DNA from: Gemmatimonadota bacterium
GTDB taxonomy: Bacteria > Gemmatimonadota > Gemmatimonadetes > Gemmatimonadales > GWC2-71-9
DNA length: 64,000 bases
Assembly: GCA_003169895.1 (NCBI GenBank)
Contig: PNAE01000007.1
Coordinates: forward strand, 1,426,880 to 1,490,879
Direction of reading: 5' to 3'
Both the position numbers and the translations under genes were made by a program. The first letter of the stretch is position 1. Every line of letters starts with the position of its first letter. Below, piece after piece: positions 1 to 9,088 of this stretch. The notes beneath the pieces are model-generated. The model worked only from the letters and a program-made list of their open reading frames with translations, made no database searches and was not told the origin of the DNA.

Positions 1-45
1 TGGCAGGCGAATCCAACGCTACCGTACGCGTCCGATCTGCTAAGT

Positions 46-1359
46 GTGGCCGTGGTACTCAATCGGTTCGATGCTGTTCGCGACGCGGCGGAGTTCGTTC
101 TGTCCCCGTCCGTCGACGCACCCCTAGCCGCCAGGCGCCTCGCCAATCGGGCGTTGAGTATTTCGGAAGAAGAGGCTCCCGACGACTCGGTCGCGGGTCA
201 CGAACAGCGGCTGCGCGCCGCGCTAGCTCGGGCACGAGCACGCCTTCGATTGTATCCTCGCGATCCGTTGGTACTCGTCGATCAATCGAGACTTTATGCG
301 CTCGCTGGCCGATTGGATAAGGCTCAGGATGCGATGAGACGTGCGGTCGCGCTCGCACCCGATGACAGATTTGTGCTGCGCTCCGCAGCCCGGCTGAATC
401 TGCATCAGCACAACCCGAACGAGGCATTACGCCTCTTGCGGGGAAGTACGAGGACGCGAGTAGATCCATGGTTGTTGGCGGCAGAAGTGGCGGCCGCGTC
501 CGTTGCGGGAAAGTCGACGAGATACGTACGCGAGGGGCGGCGAATACTAGCTTCCGATTTGGACCCGTGGCATTTGAACGAACTCGCGAGCGCTTTCGGG
601 ACCTTGGAGATCCAGGATGGTACAAAATCACACGCCCGCCGGTTATTCACCCAGGCCCTCCGCGCGCCGACGGACAATACGATTGCGCAAGTTCAATGGG
701 CCGAGCGATACGTTCCGTCCCTTACACTTTCCGCGGATATGTGGAAACGCCCGAGAGTCTACGAGGCGCGAGCATGGGATAAGTACGCATCGGGCCACTG
801 GAGGGAAGCGTTCGCGGCGTCTGAAGAGTGGCTCAAGGACGAATTGTTTGCCTCGCGACCCGCGCTAATGGGCACCTTTGTTTCCGCGGTGTTACTCGAA
901 GACTTCGAAGCGAGCGCGCGAATAGCACGTATCGGACTTCACGCAAACCCTGACGAACAGGTCCTTCGCAATAACTTAGTTTTCGCTCTTGCAAGCGCAG
1001 GCAGGATAGACGAGGCCGAAAAGGAAGCATCCACTGTGAGAGCTAGTCACCTTACCGAGATTGGGGGGCAGATCGCCTGGACGGCGACACGCGGCTTGCT
1101 GGCCTTTCGCCGTGGACGCTTCGATGAGGGAAGATCGCTTTACATGCAAGCGCTCGACGGCAGTAAAGCGTATACCCAGAATCATGCATTCGCCGCGGCG
1201 TTCCTTGCGCGTGAAGAAATCATTGCACGAACACCGGAAGCAAGCGGGGCGCTTCAACGAGCGGAGAACAACGCCAAGACTTTGGGTTCAATGGCAGTCG
1301 GTGACCTCCTGGAACGGCTGCGGAGACTCGCGGCAACGCTCGATGCGCTTCGCGTCTAG
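46..1359 (+). CDS. TPR-like helical-repeat protein, function unknown (possibly 5'-truncated by window edge)
   Basis: 437-aa ORF with Ala/Leu/Arg-rich helical repeats (e.g. RLYALAGRLDKAQDAMRRAVALAPDD, GRFDEGRSLYMQALDG). There is a GTG at 46, but the frame stays open back to nt 1, so the start may lie outside the window. It sits directly 5' of the dcm/REase pair. Confidence 0.5.
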   Translation: MAVVLNRFDAVRDAAEFVLSPSVDAPLAARRLANRALSISEEEAPDDSVAGHEQRLRAALARARARLRLYPRDPLVLVDQSRLYALAGRLDKAQDAMRRAVALAPDDRFVLRSAARLNLHQHNPNEALRLLRGSTRTRVDPWLLAAEVAAASVAGKSTRYVREGRRILASDLDPWHLNELASAFGTLEIQDGTKSHARRLFTQALRAPTDNTIAQVQWAERYVPSLTLSADMWKRPRVYEARAWDKYASGHWREAFAASEEWLKDELFASRPALMGTFVSAVLLEDFEASARIARIGLHANPDEQVLRNNLVFALASAGRIDEAEKEASTVRASHLTEIGGQIAWTATRGLLAFRRGRFDEGRSLYMQALDGSKAYTQNHAFAAAFLAREEIIARTPEASGALQRAENNAKTLGSMAVGDLLERLRRLAATLDALRV

Positions 1360-1458
1360 GGCTGTCACGTCAAGAGCCTATGGAATCCCAAGGATCGCAA
1401 AGGCGGACCCGTCAACAGGCCACTTGCGCCGTAACCGATAGAAGCGGACTTTCCAGCG

Positions 1459-2808
1459 ATGATTGACTCTTCGACCCGGCATTCGGACATTCCGACGTGT
1501 GCCCTCACTTGCGTCGACCTTTTCGCAGGCGCGGGCGGGTTCGGTCTTGGCTTTCGGGCCTCGGGGTTCGAGCACTTGCTCTCTCTCGAACTCGACTCGT
1601 GGGCTGCTGATACACTCAGACACAACCACGCTGGGAACAGCGTGATTGAGGCCGACATCCGGGATTACTGGGAACATGCGACAATCAGGAGTCTGGCCCG
1701 GACGCCGGTCGACGTCCTCGTCGGTGGGCCTCCGTGCCAAGGGTTCAGTATCGCTGGCCCCGCTGCAAAGGATCCGTCCGATCCTCGCAATAGTCTCTTT
1801 CGTGACTTCGCGAATTGGGTCGCTGCGTTGACTCCTCGTGTGTTTGTCATGGAAAACGTTAAAGGATTGCTCTCTAGACGTACCAAGGAGGGTGTTCCCG
1901 TGGTTACCGTCATTCAGGATGCGTTTCGCGAACTCGGCTACAACGTGGAGGTATGGACCCTCAACGCGGCGGCCTTTGGCGTCCCACAAACGCGGGAGCG
2001 CATATTCGTCGTCGGGAATCGGATTGGTGTTCCCGCAATCGGTGGACCGTCGCCAACACACAGCCCGACGCTTCAATGCGCACACAGCGGTTCGCAACTG
2101 CTGTTAGCGCCCGACAGCATGCTGCAGCCGGCGGTGACTCTATGGGAGGCAATTTCTGATCTGCCGGCGCGGGAACCGGGCGAAGGCCTCGAAACTGACA
2201 GGTACGATCGTCCACCGATGAGTGAGTACCAACGTGTCTTGCGCACGGGGACGACCGCTCTGTTCAACCATGTCGCTATGAGCCATTCGTCGCGGTTGGT
2301 AGAGCGGTTCAAGCACGTCGATTGGGGCGAGTCAAGCGCCAACGTTCCAAGTGAGCACTGGGCGCGGAAGCGGGATGGGAGCGGCGATCTCTCCGCCGCG
2401 ATGTACAGTCAAAACAATCGACGCCTTCACCCACACCGGCCTTCCCAAACGATCGCGGCTTCGTTTTATGCGAACTTTCTACATCCCTACCAGCATCGGA
2501 ACCTGACGGCGCGCGAGGGAGCGCGCATTCAATCATTTCCTGATTCTTACCGCTTCCTTGGCAAGAAGACGGTGATGTCGCAAAAGCTACTTCACCGCGA
2601 AGGTCGGCATTCGGAGAAACACGTCTGCCAGTACTCGCAAATTGGGAATGCAGTGCCACCGATCCTGGCGTCCGCAATCGCCACACACTTACGCAAGGTT
2701 TTGACCAATGAGCTTCGTACACGGCTCCAATCTACGGCAAAAGGAAGCTCACCGGACGAAGTACATGGACGAAGAGAGTCGGCGATACTTGCAGGAGATC
2801 CGACCTAG
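1459..2808 (+). CDS. dcm: DNA (cytosine-5)-methyltransferase
   Basis: All canonical C5-MTase motifs are readable: DLFAGAGGFGLGF (I, AdoMet), GGPPCQGFS (IV, catalytic Cys), ENV (VI), QTRERIFVVG (VIII), GNAVPP (X). Confidence 0.93.
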   Translation: MIDSSTRHSDIPTCALTCVDLFAGAGGFGLGFRASGFEHLLSLELDSWAADTLRHNHAGNSVIEADIRDYWEHATIRSLARTPVDVLVGGPPCQGFSIAGPAAKDPSDPRNSLFRDFANWVAALTPRVFVMENVKGLLSRRTKEGVPVVTVIQDAFRELGYNVEVWTLNAAAFGVPQTRERIFVVGNRIGVPAIGGPSPTHSPTLQCAHSGSQLLLAPDSMLQPAVTLWEAISDLPAREPGEGLETDRYDRPPMSEYQRVLRTGTTALFNHVAMSHSSRLVERFKHVDWGESSANVPSEHWARKRDGSGDLSAAMYSQNNRRLHPHRPSQTIAASFYANFLHPYQHRNLTAREGARIQSFPDSYRFLGKKTVMSQKLLHREGRHSEKHVCQYSQIGNAVPPILASAIATHLRKVLTNELRTRLQSTAKGSSPDEVHGRRESAILAGDPT

Positions 2809-3658
2809 GTATGACGATTGGCACAAACAGAACATGGAACTGGTTGGTCCTCGCCTTGAACCGGCCGAAGGCGATCAGGACATCGTTCGGCAGCGAGTAG
2901 TCCTGCTTTCCCAGTACAAAGACTTTCTTGATCAACAACACTACGCGGAGCAGTTCGATTCTCGGTCGAATCTTCATTCGTCCGTGTTGGAGGAGTTTCT
3001 GTACTACTTGTTCAAAGATCTCGTCGGCGACTTCGGAGAGACGGCGCTATTGGGAAAGTCGCATACGTTCAAGGATATGTTCTTTGTTCCACCGAATTAC
3101 AAGTCGCTCGTCGAGCGTCCCTATGCTACCCTCGAAACGAAGGACCATGACTTTGTGATTGGTACCTCGGTGACCGCACGATTGCAGGCTTCCGTGCCTG
3201 TCGATCCCCCGGAGGATGCCGCCGATCCGGCCGAGGTGGCGGATGAACACCAAGACCCATATCTGCCCCGGGTCGTCGGTGCGGAGGAAGTACATCGTTT
3301 TGATCTTCCGGCCGTTGCAATCGAGTGCAAGACTTATCTCGACAAGACGATGCTTGAGGGAGCATCACGCGCTGCCGAGGAACTGAAGGCCCGGGTTCCG
3401 ACCGCCATCTGCGTTGTAGTAATGGAATGGCTAAAACTCACTGAGGCCGTCAACCTGCGAAAGTACAAGGTCGATCAGATCTACGTGCTTCGCCGCCAAC
3501 GAAACACTGATCGAGAGTTCCGATACGCCGAGGATTATGACAAGAGTCCAATTGATGCCGACGTCGTGTGGCACTTGTTTTCGATGGTCCGAAGCCACCT
3601 AGCCGCGGACTGGCAGGGCGGCACGGCGTTCGGCCTTGAGCGAGGGTGGCTGATCTAG
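2765..3658 (+). CDS. putative type II restriction endonuclease, PD-(D/E)XK fold
   Basis: The ORF (track 2708-3658) overlaps the 3' end of dcm. The first ATG is at 2765; an alternative ATG is at 2834. It has a nuclease-like signature KDHDFVIG ... VAIECKTYLD (D...ExK) and forms a classic MTase-REase pair. Family and recognition site cannot be identified by eye. Confidence 0.6.
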   Translation: MDEESRRYLQEIRPRYDDWHKQNMELVGPRLEPAEGDQDIVRQRVVLLSQYKDFLDQQHYAEQFDSRSNLHSSVLEEFLYYLFKDLVGDFGETALLGKSHTFKDMFFVPPNYKSLVERPYATLETKDHDFVIGTSVTARLQASVPVDPPEDAADPAEVADEHQDPYLPRVVGAEEVHRFDLPAVAIECKTYLDKTMLEGASRAAEELKARVPTAICVVVMEWLKLTEAVNLRKYKVDQIYVLRRQRNTDREFRYAEDYDKSPIDADVVWHLFSMVRSHLAADWQGGTAFGLERGWLI

Positions 3659-3784
3659 CGTTGCTGGTCGATGTTCGCCGCAAACCAGGGCGTGAAGTCC
3701 GGCTCTTCATGCTTCCGCACGTCACGCAATTACCGCGATTGTAGCGTAGGCTTCCCCTTGTCGGTCACGGCGCAAAGTAGACTT

Positions 3785-5257
3785 TCAATTTTCTGGGGGG
3801 AGGTCAATCCCGTCGGCCTTTGGCAACGTTTCCACGATCGGTACGGGGTTCACGTCGCCCGCAACTAACTCCGCTGCGGCTGCGAGTCGTGGCGACGCAT
3901 CGATCGGCTCAAGGATCTCGATCTCTTCCCCAGGTCCGACTCCCAAGGCGCGTAACCGCCGTGCCGCCGGCAGCGCGCGGGTTTCGAGTGACCCTACCGC
4001 GGCGTTGTACGCGTTCACCGCCCCCTCCAATCCCTTCTTCACCCTCAGGAGGTGCTCGCCTATGGTGCGCATGCGGGCATATAGGTCCATCGCCGCGTCG
4101 CGGATCTGCTCCGTATTCCGGGCAACGCGCTCCTGTTGCCACCCATAGAACACTGCCTTGAGAACGGTCACCAGCGTCGTGGGGCTGGCAGGGATAACGC
4201 CCCGACTCAATGCGAACTCAATCAGTCTCGGATCTCGTTGGCAGGCGGCGCTGAAGAATGCTTCGCCAGGCAGGAACATGACTACGAAATCGGGCGCCTC
4301 GGTGAACTGGTTCGCATAATCCTTGCTCGCAAGCGTTGAGACATGGTTGCGTACCTGTTTGGCGTGTTGGTCAAGGAAGAGTCCCCGCTCGTCATCGTCG
4401 GTGGCTTCCATCGCGTCCAAGTACGCCGAGAGCGGTGCTTTCGAGTCGACGACAACCACCTTCTCGCCCGGTAGCCGGACAATCAGGTCGGGTCTCAGGC
4501 GGCCGTTGTCGCCTTGCACCGTCTCCTGCTCTACGAAATCGCAATGCTCCAACATTCCCGCCAGTTCCACTACTCGTTTCAGCTGCAGCTCGCCCCATTG
4601 TCCTCGCACTTGTGGCGCCCGCAACGCCCGGACGAGCATCTGGGTCTCGCCAGTGAGTTGCTGCTGGGCTTCGGCCATTGACCGAAGATGCTCCTGCAAC
4701 GACGCCGCACTGATGGCGCGCTCCTTGTCAAATGCTTGGAGCTTCTCGTCGACCCGCTGCAGCCCCTCCTGCATCGGCTTTACCAGTTGATCGATCGCCA
4801 GTTGCCGGCCCTCGATGTCTGACTTCGCCGCCTGCTGAAATTCTCCCATCGAGGCCTTGGCCAGATCGAGAAATGCCCGGTTATTGGCCTGCAGCGCTTG
4901 AGCAGACAGCGCTGCAAACGCCTCGCGCAGCTTGGCCTCGGCTTGGTCAATCGCCCCTAGCCGTTCCTGTGCACTTTGGCGTTCGCTCTCCAATGTTGCC
5001 TTCAGGCGCTCCCTGTCGCCCTCCGCGGTCGCCACACGGTCGCGGAGTACCTCGAACTCAGCGCGCTGCGCACCGACTGCTTGCGCATGGCCGTCGGCCG
5101 CGTGTTGGGCTGCTGCTCGAACGCCCTCAAGTTCACGGTCGCGTTCATCCAACCGCACTTGCAACTCTGTTCTACGCCGAGAGCCAAGGGACCATCCCAA
5201 CCCGCCCGCCGCTAAGGCTCCAACTAGAGCGAATGCGACCCAGGCAAGTTCAGGCAT
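3785..5257 (-). CDS. rmuC: DNA recombination protein RmuC (N-terminal TM, coiled coil, C-terminal nuclease-like domain)
   Basis: N-terminal hydrophobic helix (WVAFALVGALAAGGLGW) followed by a long coiled coil. The conserved RmuC core is present: LPGEKVVVVDSKAPLSAYL ... DFVVMFLPGEAFFSAA ... SPTTLVTVLKAV. It starts 38 nt after the upstream ATPase stop on the same strand. Confidence 0.85.
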   Translation of the reverse strand: MPELAWVAFALVGALAAGGLGWSLGSRRRTELQVRLDERDRELEGVRAAAQHAADGHAQAVGAQRAEFEVLRDRVATAEGDRERLKATLESERQSAQERLGAIDQAEAKLREAFAALSAQALQANNRAFLDLAKASMGEFQQAAKSDIEGRQLAIDQLVKPMQEGLQRVDEKLQAFDKERAISAASLQEHLRSMAEAQQQLTGETQMLVRALRAPQVRGQWGELQLKRVVELAGMLEHCDFVEQETVQGDNGRLRPDLIVRLPGEKVVVVDSKAPLSAYLDAMEATDDDERGLFLDQHAKQVRNHVSTLASKDYANQFTEAPDFVVMFLPGEAFFSAACQRDPRLIEFALSRGVIPASPTTLVTVLKAVFYGWQQERVARNTEQIRDAAMDLYARMRTIGEHLLRVKKGLEGAVNAYNAAVGSLETRALPAARRLRALGVGPGEEIEILEPIDASPRLAAAAELVAGDVNPVPIVETLPKADGIDLPPEN

Positions 5258-5295
5258 ATCCGACTCTCCGTTGTGGTTTTAGCGCAGAAGTATCC

Positions 5296-7656
5296 TTACG
5301 AACCCTTTCCATAGCGCCAACGAAGCTGCCCGCATTGGCATTGCATCCATTCTGAGGCTCTTGCGTTGGTCAACCAAACGGCCTTCCCGCACGATACGCA
5401 CTTGAACATCGAAATCGCTAACTCGCATGCATCGATTAGCTTGCTAGCTTCAGCGGGAACAAGGTCAAACGAATGGGAACCACGGTTTCCCCACGAGAGT
5501 AGAAGGCGATCGGCATTGACGAATGCATCAAGCGCCTCGGTGAAGGTCTCATAGTTTCCTCCGACCCTCTTTTCAAGACACTTCCGTCCATCACCAATCA
5601 GGCGTTCCAGGAACTCATGTGCCATGCGTTTGTCGTTCTTTTCGCCTCGCAAATAGAGCAGCCTGATTTGTAGGCGTTCAGCAATAGGAGCAAGTTCAAC
5701 ATCCATGATCTTCCGGGCGTCGTTGCCCGCCGAATCAGGGCGATCCTTGAGGTGCGAACGCGCGTCGTCGAACGTCGTCGTCTTGTGGGACCAGCGAATC
5801 CCTAGGTCGGGCGTCTCATACGGCAGAAGCGCTTTGAACCCCCAATTCCGTTCGTCAAGTTGTTGCCGGAGTTCGGTGTACCACTCGCGGTCGTGGGTGA
5901 GGATAATGACCTGTCGATCGCCGAATTCCTTCTCGAGAAGGTCAACGATCATCCCCCGGTGATCGCGATCTAGACTCACTACAACGTCATCCAAGAATAC
6001 CGGTCGGTCGTTGACGGCTTCTCGTTGTGCCATGGCCAGAAAAATGCAGAGTCCAAGGCAATTACGATTACCTTCTGAGAGCGTTAGCCTGGGTGAGTCT
6101 TGCTCAATCCCGTAGAATGTGAGGCCGATGTCGATCGCCTTGTCCGTGTCGGGTGGGACGTAGAGCCGCACGTTTTCAATGCCTCCGTGAGGGTGGAGGA
6201 TTCCCCACATCGATCGGATGGCCGCTGAGATCTCGTCGATCACTGCTTGGGCTTGGATCCTAATTTCATCCCGCGTTCCCGCTTCCAAGGCCCGAATGAA
6301 CGATAGGAGGGCTTCTGCTCGAGCTAAAGCTTTCCGCAGTTCGGCGGCTCTAAGCAACGCCTTACCTGCATCAACAACTTGTTTGGCAGCCGATAGCTGT
6401 TGAGCGTCGGCTGGCGCCTCCCGCGAGGCCGCGGCGGCCGCATGGATTAGTGGCACGAGTCTTTGCTGAATGTCATTGAGCTCCGCCTCCCCGCACGAAC
6501 CCCTGAGGGAGTCAATATTGATACCCTCAAGGTGTGCCAGATGCGCACCCGATGGCCCGGCGGCCAGGGCATCTCGCCACGATCGCACATCTGGTTTCTC
6601 CAGTGCGGCTTTGAGGTCTCGGACGGTATCGCAGAGGGTTCCGAATGCGGCCTTTCGCTTCTCGAACACATCGATGAGTCGTACAAGACGCCTGCGTTCA
6701 GACTCCACGTGTTCTCGAAAGTGCAGAACGGAGATGAGGCGCCCACAAGCTGGACAAGTTACCGCCTCTTCGTCTGTCAATCCTTCGACGTAACTGGCGG
6801 TAGATTGCAACACCTCGAGTTTCTCGACCAGCAGAGGCTCCACAGCACCGACCAACTGGGCGTTCAAGTCTCGCGCGGCTCCAACTTGGCCGTCGAGATC
6901 CAGAGCGGCAGCGCCTATTAGGATGACGTGCCGGCGTTGGTCAATCGAGGACCCTGCCACTCGGGAGGCAATAGCTGTGGTAAGATCCTCGCAAAGGGGT
7001 AGTGGCTCGCGGGAATCCGGTTCACCGGGACAGTAATGGGTATGAAGCTCCTTGATCTTGGCGACTACCTCCTCGTCGGTGGCGGACCCAAAGACGGCCT
7101 GACGTACATTCTCCAGCTGTCCTAGCGCGCCTCGTGTCTCTGCAATGCGCGATTGTTCCTCAATTGACCTTGCCAGTTGACGGAGGTTTTCGGCTGCCAC
7201 CTCCATGTGGTGCAGCCCCAAGAGCGGAAGGAGCGCAGAGTACTTGACACCCTTGGTGTCACGAATGAACGCGGCTACCTCGTCTTGCCGCAGAACTGTG
7301 CGGCGATAGTCCCAGTTCGTCATGGAGGCAGATTCGCCACCGGAGCTCGTAGAGGTGCCGTTCGGCATGATTTGAATGGCCAGCATGGAGTCGTCTTGGA
7401 ATGTGAGCCGCAGCTCCGTCTGGCGGTTCTGTGGAGTACGGCGGTTCGGAATGGCCTTCTCCTGGCGTCTGCCGCTGTACTCATGGGCGAGGTGCTCGAT
7501 CTTCCCATTGTGGAGCACGTACTCGATGGCGTCCACAAAGGAAGACTTGCCCGCGCCATTCGTGCCGTATACCACGAGTGACTTGCAGGAGGTATCCAAG
7601 GTCACCGAGTCCGCGGCGCCGCGGAACCATGCCAATTCTACGGCCTTTATCCTCAC
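5296..7656 (-). CDS. SMC/Rad50-like ABC ATPase with CxxC hook and C-terminal extension (PrrC/RloC-like or Lamassu LmuB-like)
   Basis: Walker A GTNGAGKSSFVDAIEYVL and an ABC signature LSEGNRNCLGLCIFLAMAQ. Walker B/D-loop is VFLDDVVVSLD, followed by ILTHD. A roughly 450-aa helical insert carries TCPACGRL. The C-terminal ~190 aa contain NDARKIMD ... GNRGSHS and a terminal zinc ribbon CVSCG...CQCG. Confidence 0.8.
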   Translation of the reverse strand: MRIKAVELAWFRGAADSVTLDTSCKSLVVYGTNGAGKSSFVDAIEYVLHNGKIEHLAHEYSGRRQEKAIPNRRTPQNRQTELRLTFQDDSMLAIQIMPNGTSTSSGGESASMTNWDYRRTVLRQDEVAAFIRDTKGVKYSALLPLLGLHHMEVAAENLRQLARSIEEQSRIAETRGALGQLENVRQAVFGSATDEEVVAKIKELHTHYCPGEPDSREPLPLCEDLTTAIASRVAGSSIDQRRHVILIGAAALDLDGQVGAARDLNAQLVGAVEPLLVEKLEVLQSTASYVEGLTDEEAVTCPACGRLISVLHFREHVESERRRLVRLIDVFEKRKAAFGTLCDTVRDLKAALEKPDVRSWRDALAAGPSGAHLAHLEGINIDSLRGSCGEAELNDIQQRLVPLIHAAAAASREAPADAQQLSAAKQVVDAGKALLRAAELRKALARAEALLSFIRALEAGTRDEIRIQAQAVIDEISAAIRSMWGILHPHGGIENVRLYVPPDTDKAIDIGLTFYGIEQDSPRLTLSEGNRNCLGLCIFLAMAQREAVNDRPVFLDDVVVSLDRDHRGMIVDLLEKEFGDRQVIILTHDREWYTELRQQLDERNWGFKALLPYETPDLGIRWSHKTTTFDDARSHLKDRPDSAGNDARKIMDVELAPIAERLQIRLLYLRGEKNDKRMAHEFLERLIGDGRKCLEKRVGGNYETFTEALDAFVNADRLLLSWGNRGSHSFDLVPAEASKLIDACELAISMFKCVSCGKAVWLTNARASEWMQCQCGQLRWRYGKGS

Positions 7657-7961
7657 TCTTTGGTCGGAGTTTCAGGTTGGGAGGAGCCCATAGCATTTAG
7701 AAGCTCTTGGGCAGTTCTCTTGAGCAACGCCGCCGGCAGTGCATGGTCGCTTAGGTCCCGCAGTAGCAGCGTACTCATTAGAGCGATTGCATCCACCGTG
7801 ACCGACGGATGCTCGTTCCGCGCCTGGGACAAGCGCGCTGCAACCCATGTTTGGTCATCTGCCATCGGTCGAGACTCCACAGACGCCAATAAATTCCACG
7901 GCCGGTCTTCCGAACGCCACCTAACGACCTCCGCTTCTGGTTCGGCGCCGCAGCGACACAC
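7653..7961 (-). CDS. small hypothetical protein, translationally coupled to the ATPase
   Basis: 102-aa ORF whose stop overlaps the ATPase start by 4 nt (7653-7656). A more likely ATG at 7865 gives a 70-aa product, MADDQTWVAARLSQ... No recognisable domain. Confidence 0.4.
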   Translation of the reverse strand: MCRCGAEPEAEVVRWRSEDRPWNLLASVESRPMADDQTWVAARLSQARNEHPSVTVDAIALMSTLLLRDLSDHALPAALLKRTAQELLNAMGSSQPETPTKE

Positions 7962-8056
7962 TGCCGCGACGCGTCGTTGACCTCACCACATCACCGGAAC
8001 TTCGGCCCGCGGTGCGGGGCGCCGGCGCCGGCAGCGGCAACCGCCGGTTAGGTGCA

Positions 8057-8896
8057 TCACTTCCGTGCTACGCCCGGCTTGAATTCGAAGTCATATACAA
8101 CCTTTGCCTCACGCGCGACTTCCTTGATGATGTACTCATCCCGAGGAGCATCAGATCCGAGAAGTTCATGCAATAGATAGAGGCGAGCCTGCTCGGTCTT
8201 GCATTGCGGGAATCGTGCGTCCGCGGCGGCTTGACGTGCCACGTCTGTTTTCTTCTGTCGCGTCCAGAGCTTCCGCTCGGCTTGATGCGCCTCCCACTCG
8301 GGATCAGGCGGCGAGTTAAGCACTTCGCCGTCGTGCGGAGCGAACAGGAGGTCGTACCATTTCGCCGTCAACGCGAAACGGAGAATCAACTCGTTCGTGC
8401 TAACGAAAATGTCCACCGCGACTGACGCGGCCTGACCCACGTGTCGAGTGCACTCGCGCACGTGGCTGACAGTCTCCGCGTCGGCACCACGCTCCTGCAG
8501 CTGATCAAGCGCGTCTTGAACGTCCTCAGCTGTAAGCTCATGTACGGTTAGCACGACAACGGTTGGCTTGAGCTTGCCGGCAGTGGCCAAGAAGGGCGCG
8601 ACGTCTTTCGGCGAGTTGACCTCCGCGAAACACACGGCGATCGGAGCTTCCTTGTCAAGCAGTCCCCGAACCACCGGGAGATTATGCGCCTCGGCCCAGC
8701 CGATCACGGAGTCCACCACCTGCTGAACTGAGTCGCTCGCAACTTCTGGCATCTGATGTCTCCTCCCGGCACGGGCCCAAACGGCTGACACGGCCGTTGA
8801 GGCTTGGTCGAGGCCGCCCGGCTCGGTGACAAGGCTTCCACTCATGAAGTCGAAGGCCTGTGTGGGAGAGGACTGACGGCGTCGTGTTGTCATCAA
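8057..8896 (-). CDS. hypothetical protein (279 aa), first gene of the ATPase/RmuC transcription unit
   Basis: Long ORF on the same strand, 95 nt upstream of the small ORF. An ATG at 8893 lies immediately downstream of the TATAAT-containing repeat element. No motif recognised by eye. Confidence 0.55.
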   Translation of the reverse strand: MMTTRRRQSSPTQAFDFMSGSLVTEPGGLDQASTAVSAVWARAGRRHQMPEVASDSVQQVVDSVIGWAEAHNLPVVRGLLDKEAPIAVCFAEVNSPKDVAPFLATAGKLKPTVVVLTVHELTAEDVQDALDQLQERGADAETVSHVRECTRHVGQAASVAVDIFVSTNELILRFALTAKWYDLLFAPHDGEVLNSPPDPEWEAHQAERKLWTRQKKTDVARQAAADARFPQCKTEQARLYLLHELLGSDAPRDEYIIKEVAREAKVVYDFEFKPGVARK

Positions 8897-8915
8897 GAAC
8901 TCGTGTGCCAGCTTG

Positions 8916-9013
8916 CTCGCAATTATACAGCGAAGCGGCGGCTTAGGCTGCTGAATTGAGGCCGTCCGTCAGTAACAAGGACGCTTGTCCGCGAACCCGG
9001 GGAGGCGAGCCTC
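8916..9013 (-). promoter_or_regulatory. repeated promoter-like element, copy 1 (TATAATTGCGAG core plus upstream CCCGGGTTCGCG..CAAGCG.CCTTGTT block)
   Basis: The minus strand reads ...GAGGCTCGCCTCCCCGGGTTCGCGGACAAGCGTCCTTGTT-N38-CTTCGCTGTATAATTGCGAGCAAG, about 25 nt before the ATG at 8893. The TATAAT is the complement of 8922-8927. Paralogous copies lie at 10484-10580 and 12337-12355. Confidence 0.55.
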
Positions 9014-9088
9014 TTGCCAACTGGGCCTGTGAACGCGACCTGGAGCCCAAAGTGGCGTCGTTGCTGTTTTGTGGGCGGCATCCGCATG

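Noticed and set aside
3723-3741. A possible fourth copy of the TATAAT-core element (CACGCAATTACCGCGATTG) just downstream of rmuC.
   Set aside because: Only about 15 of 20 positions match, and a 2-nt deletion destroys the TATAAT. It could be chance. It is mentioned in the finding but not annotated as a feature.
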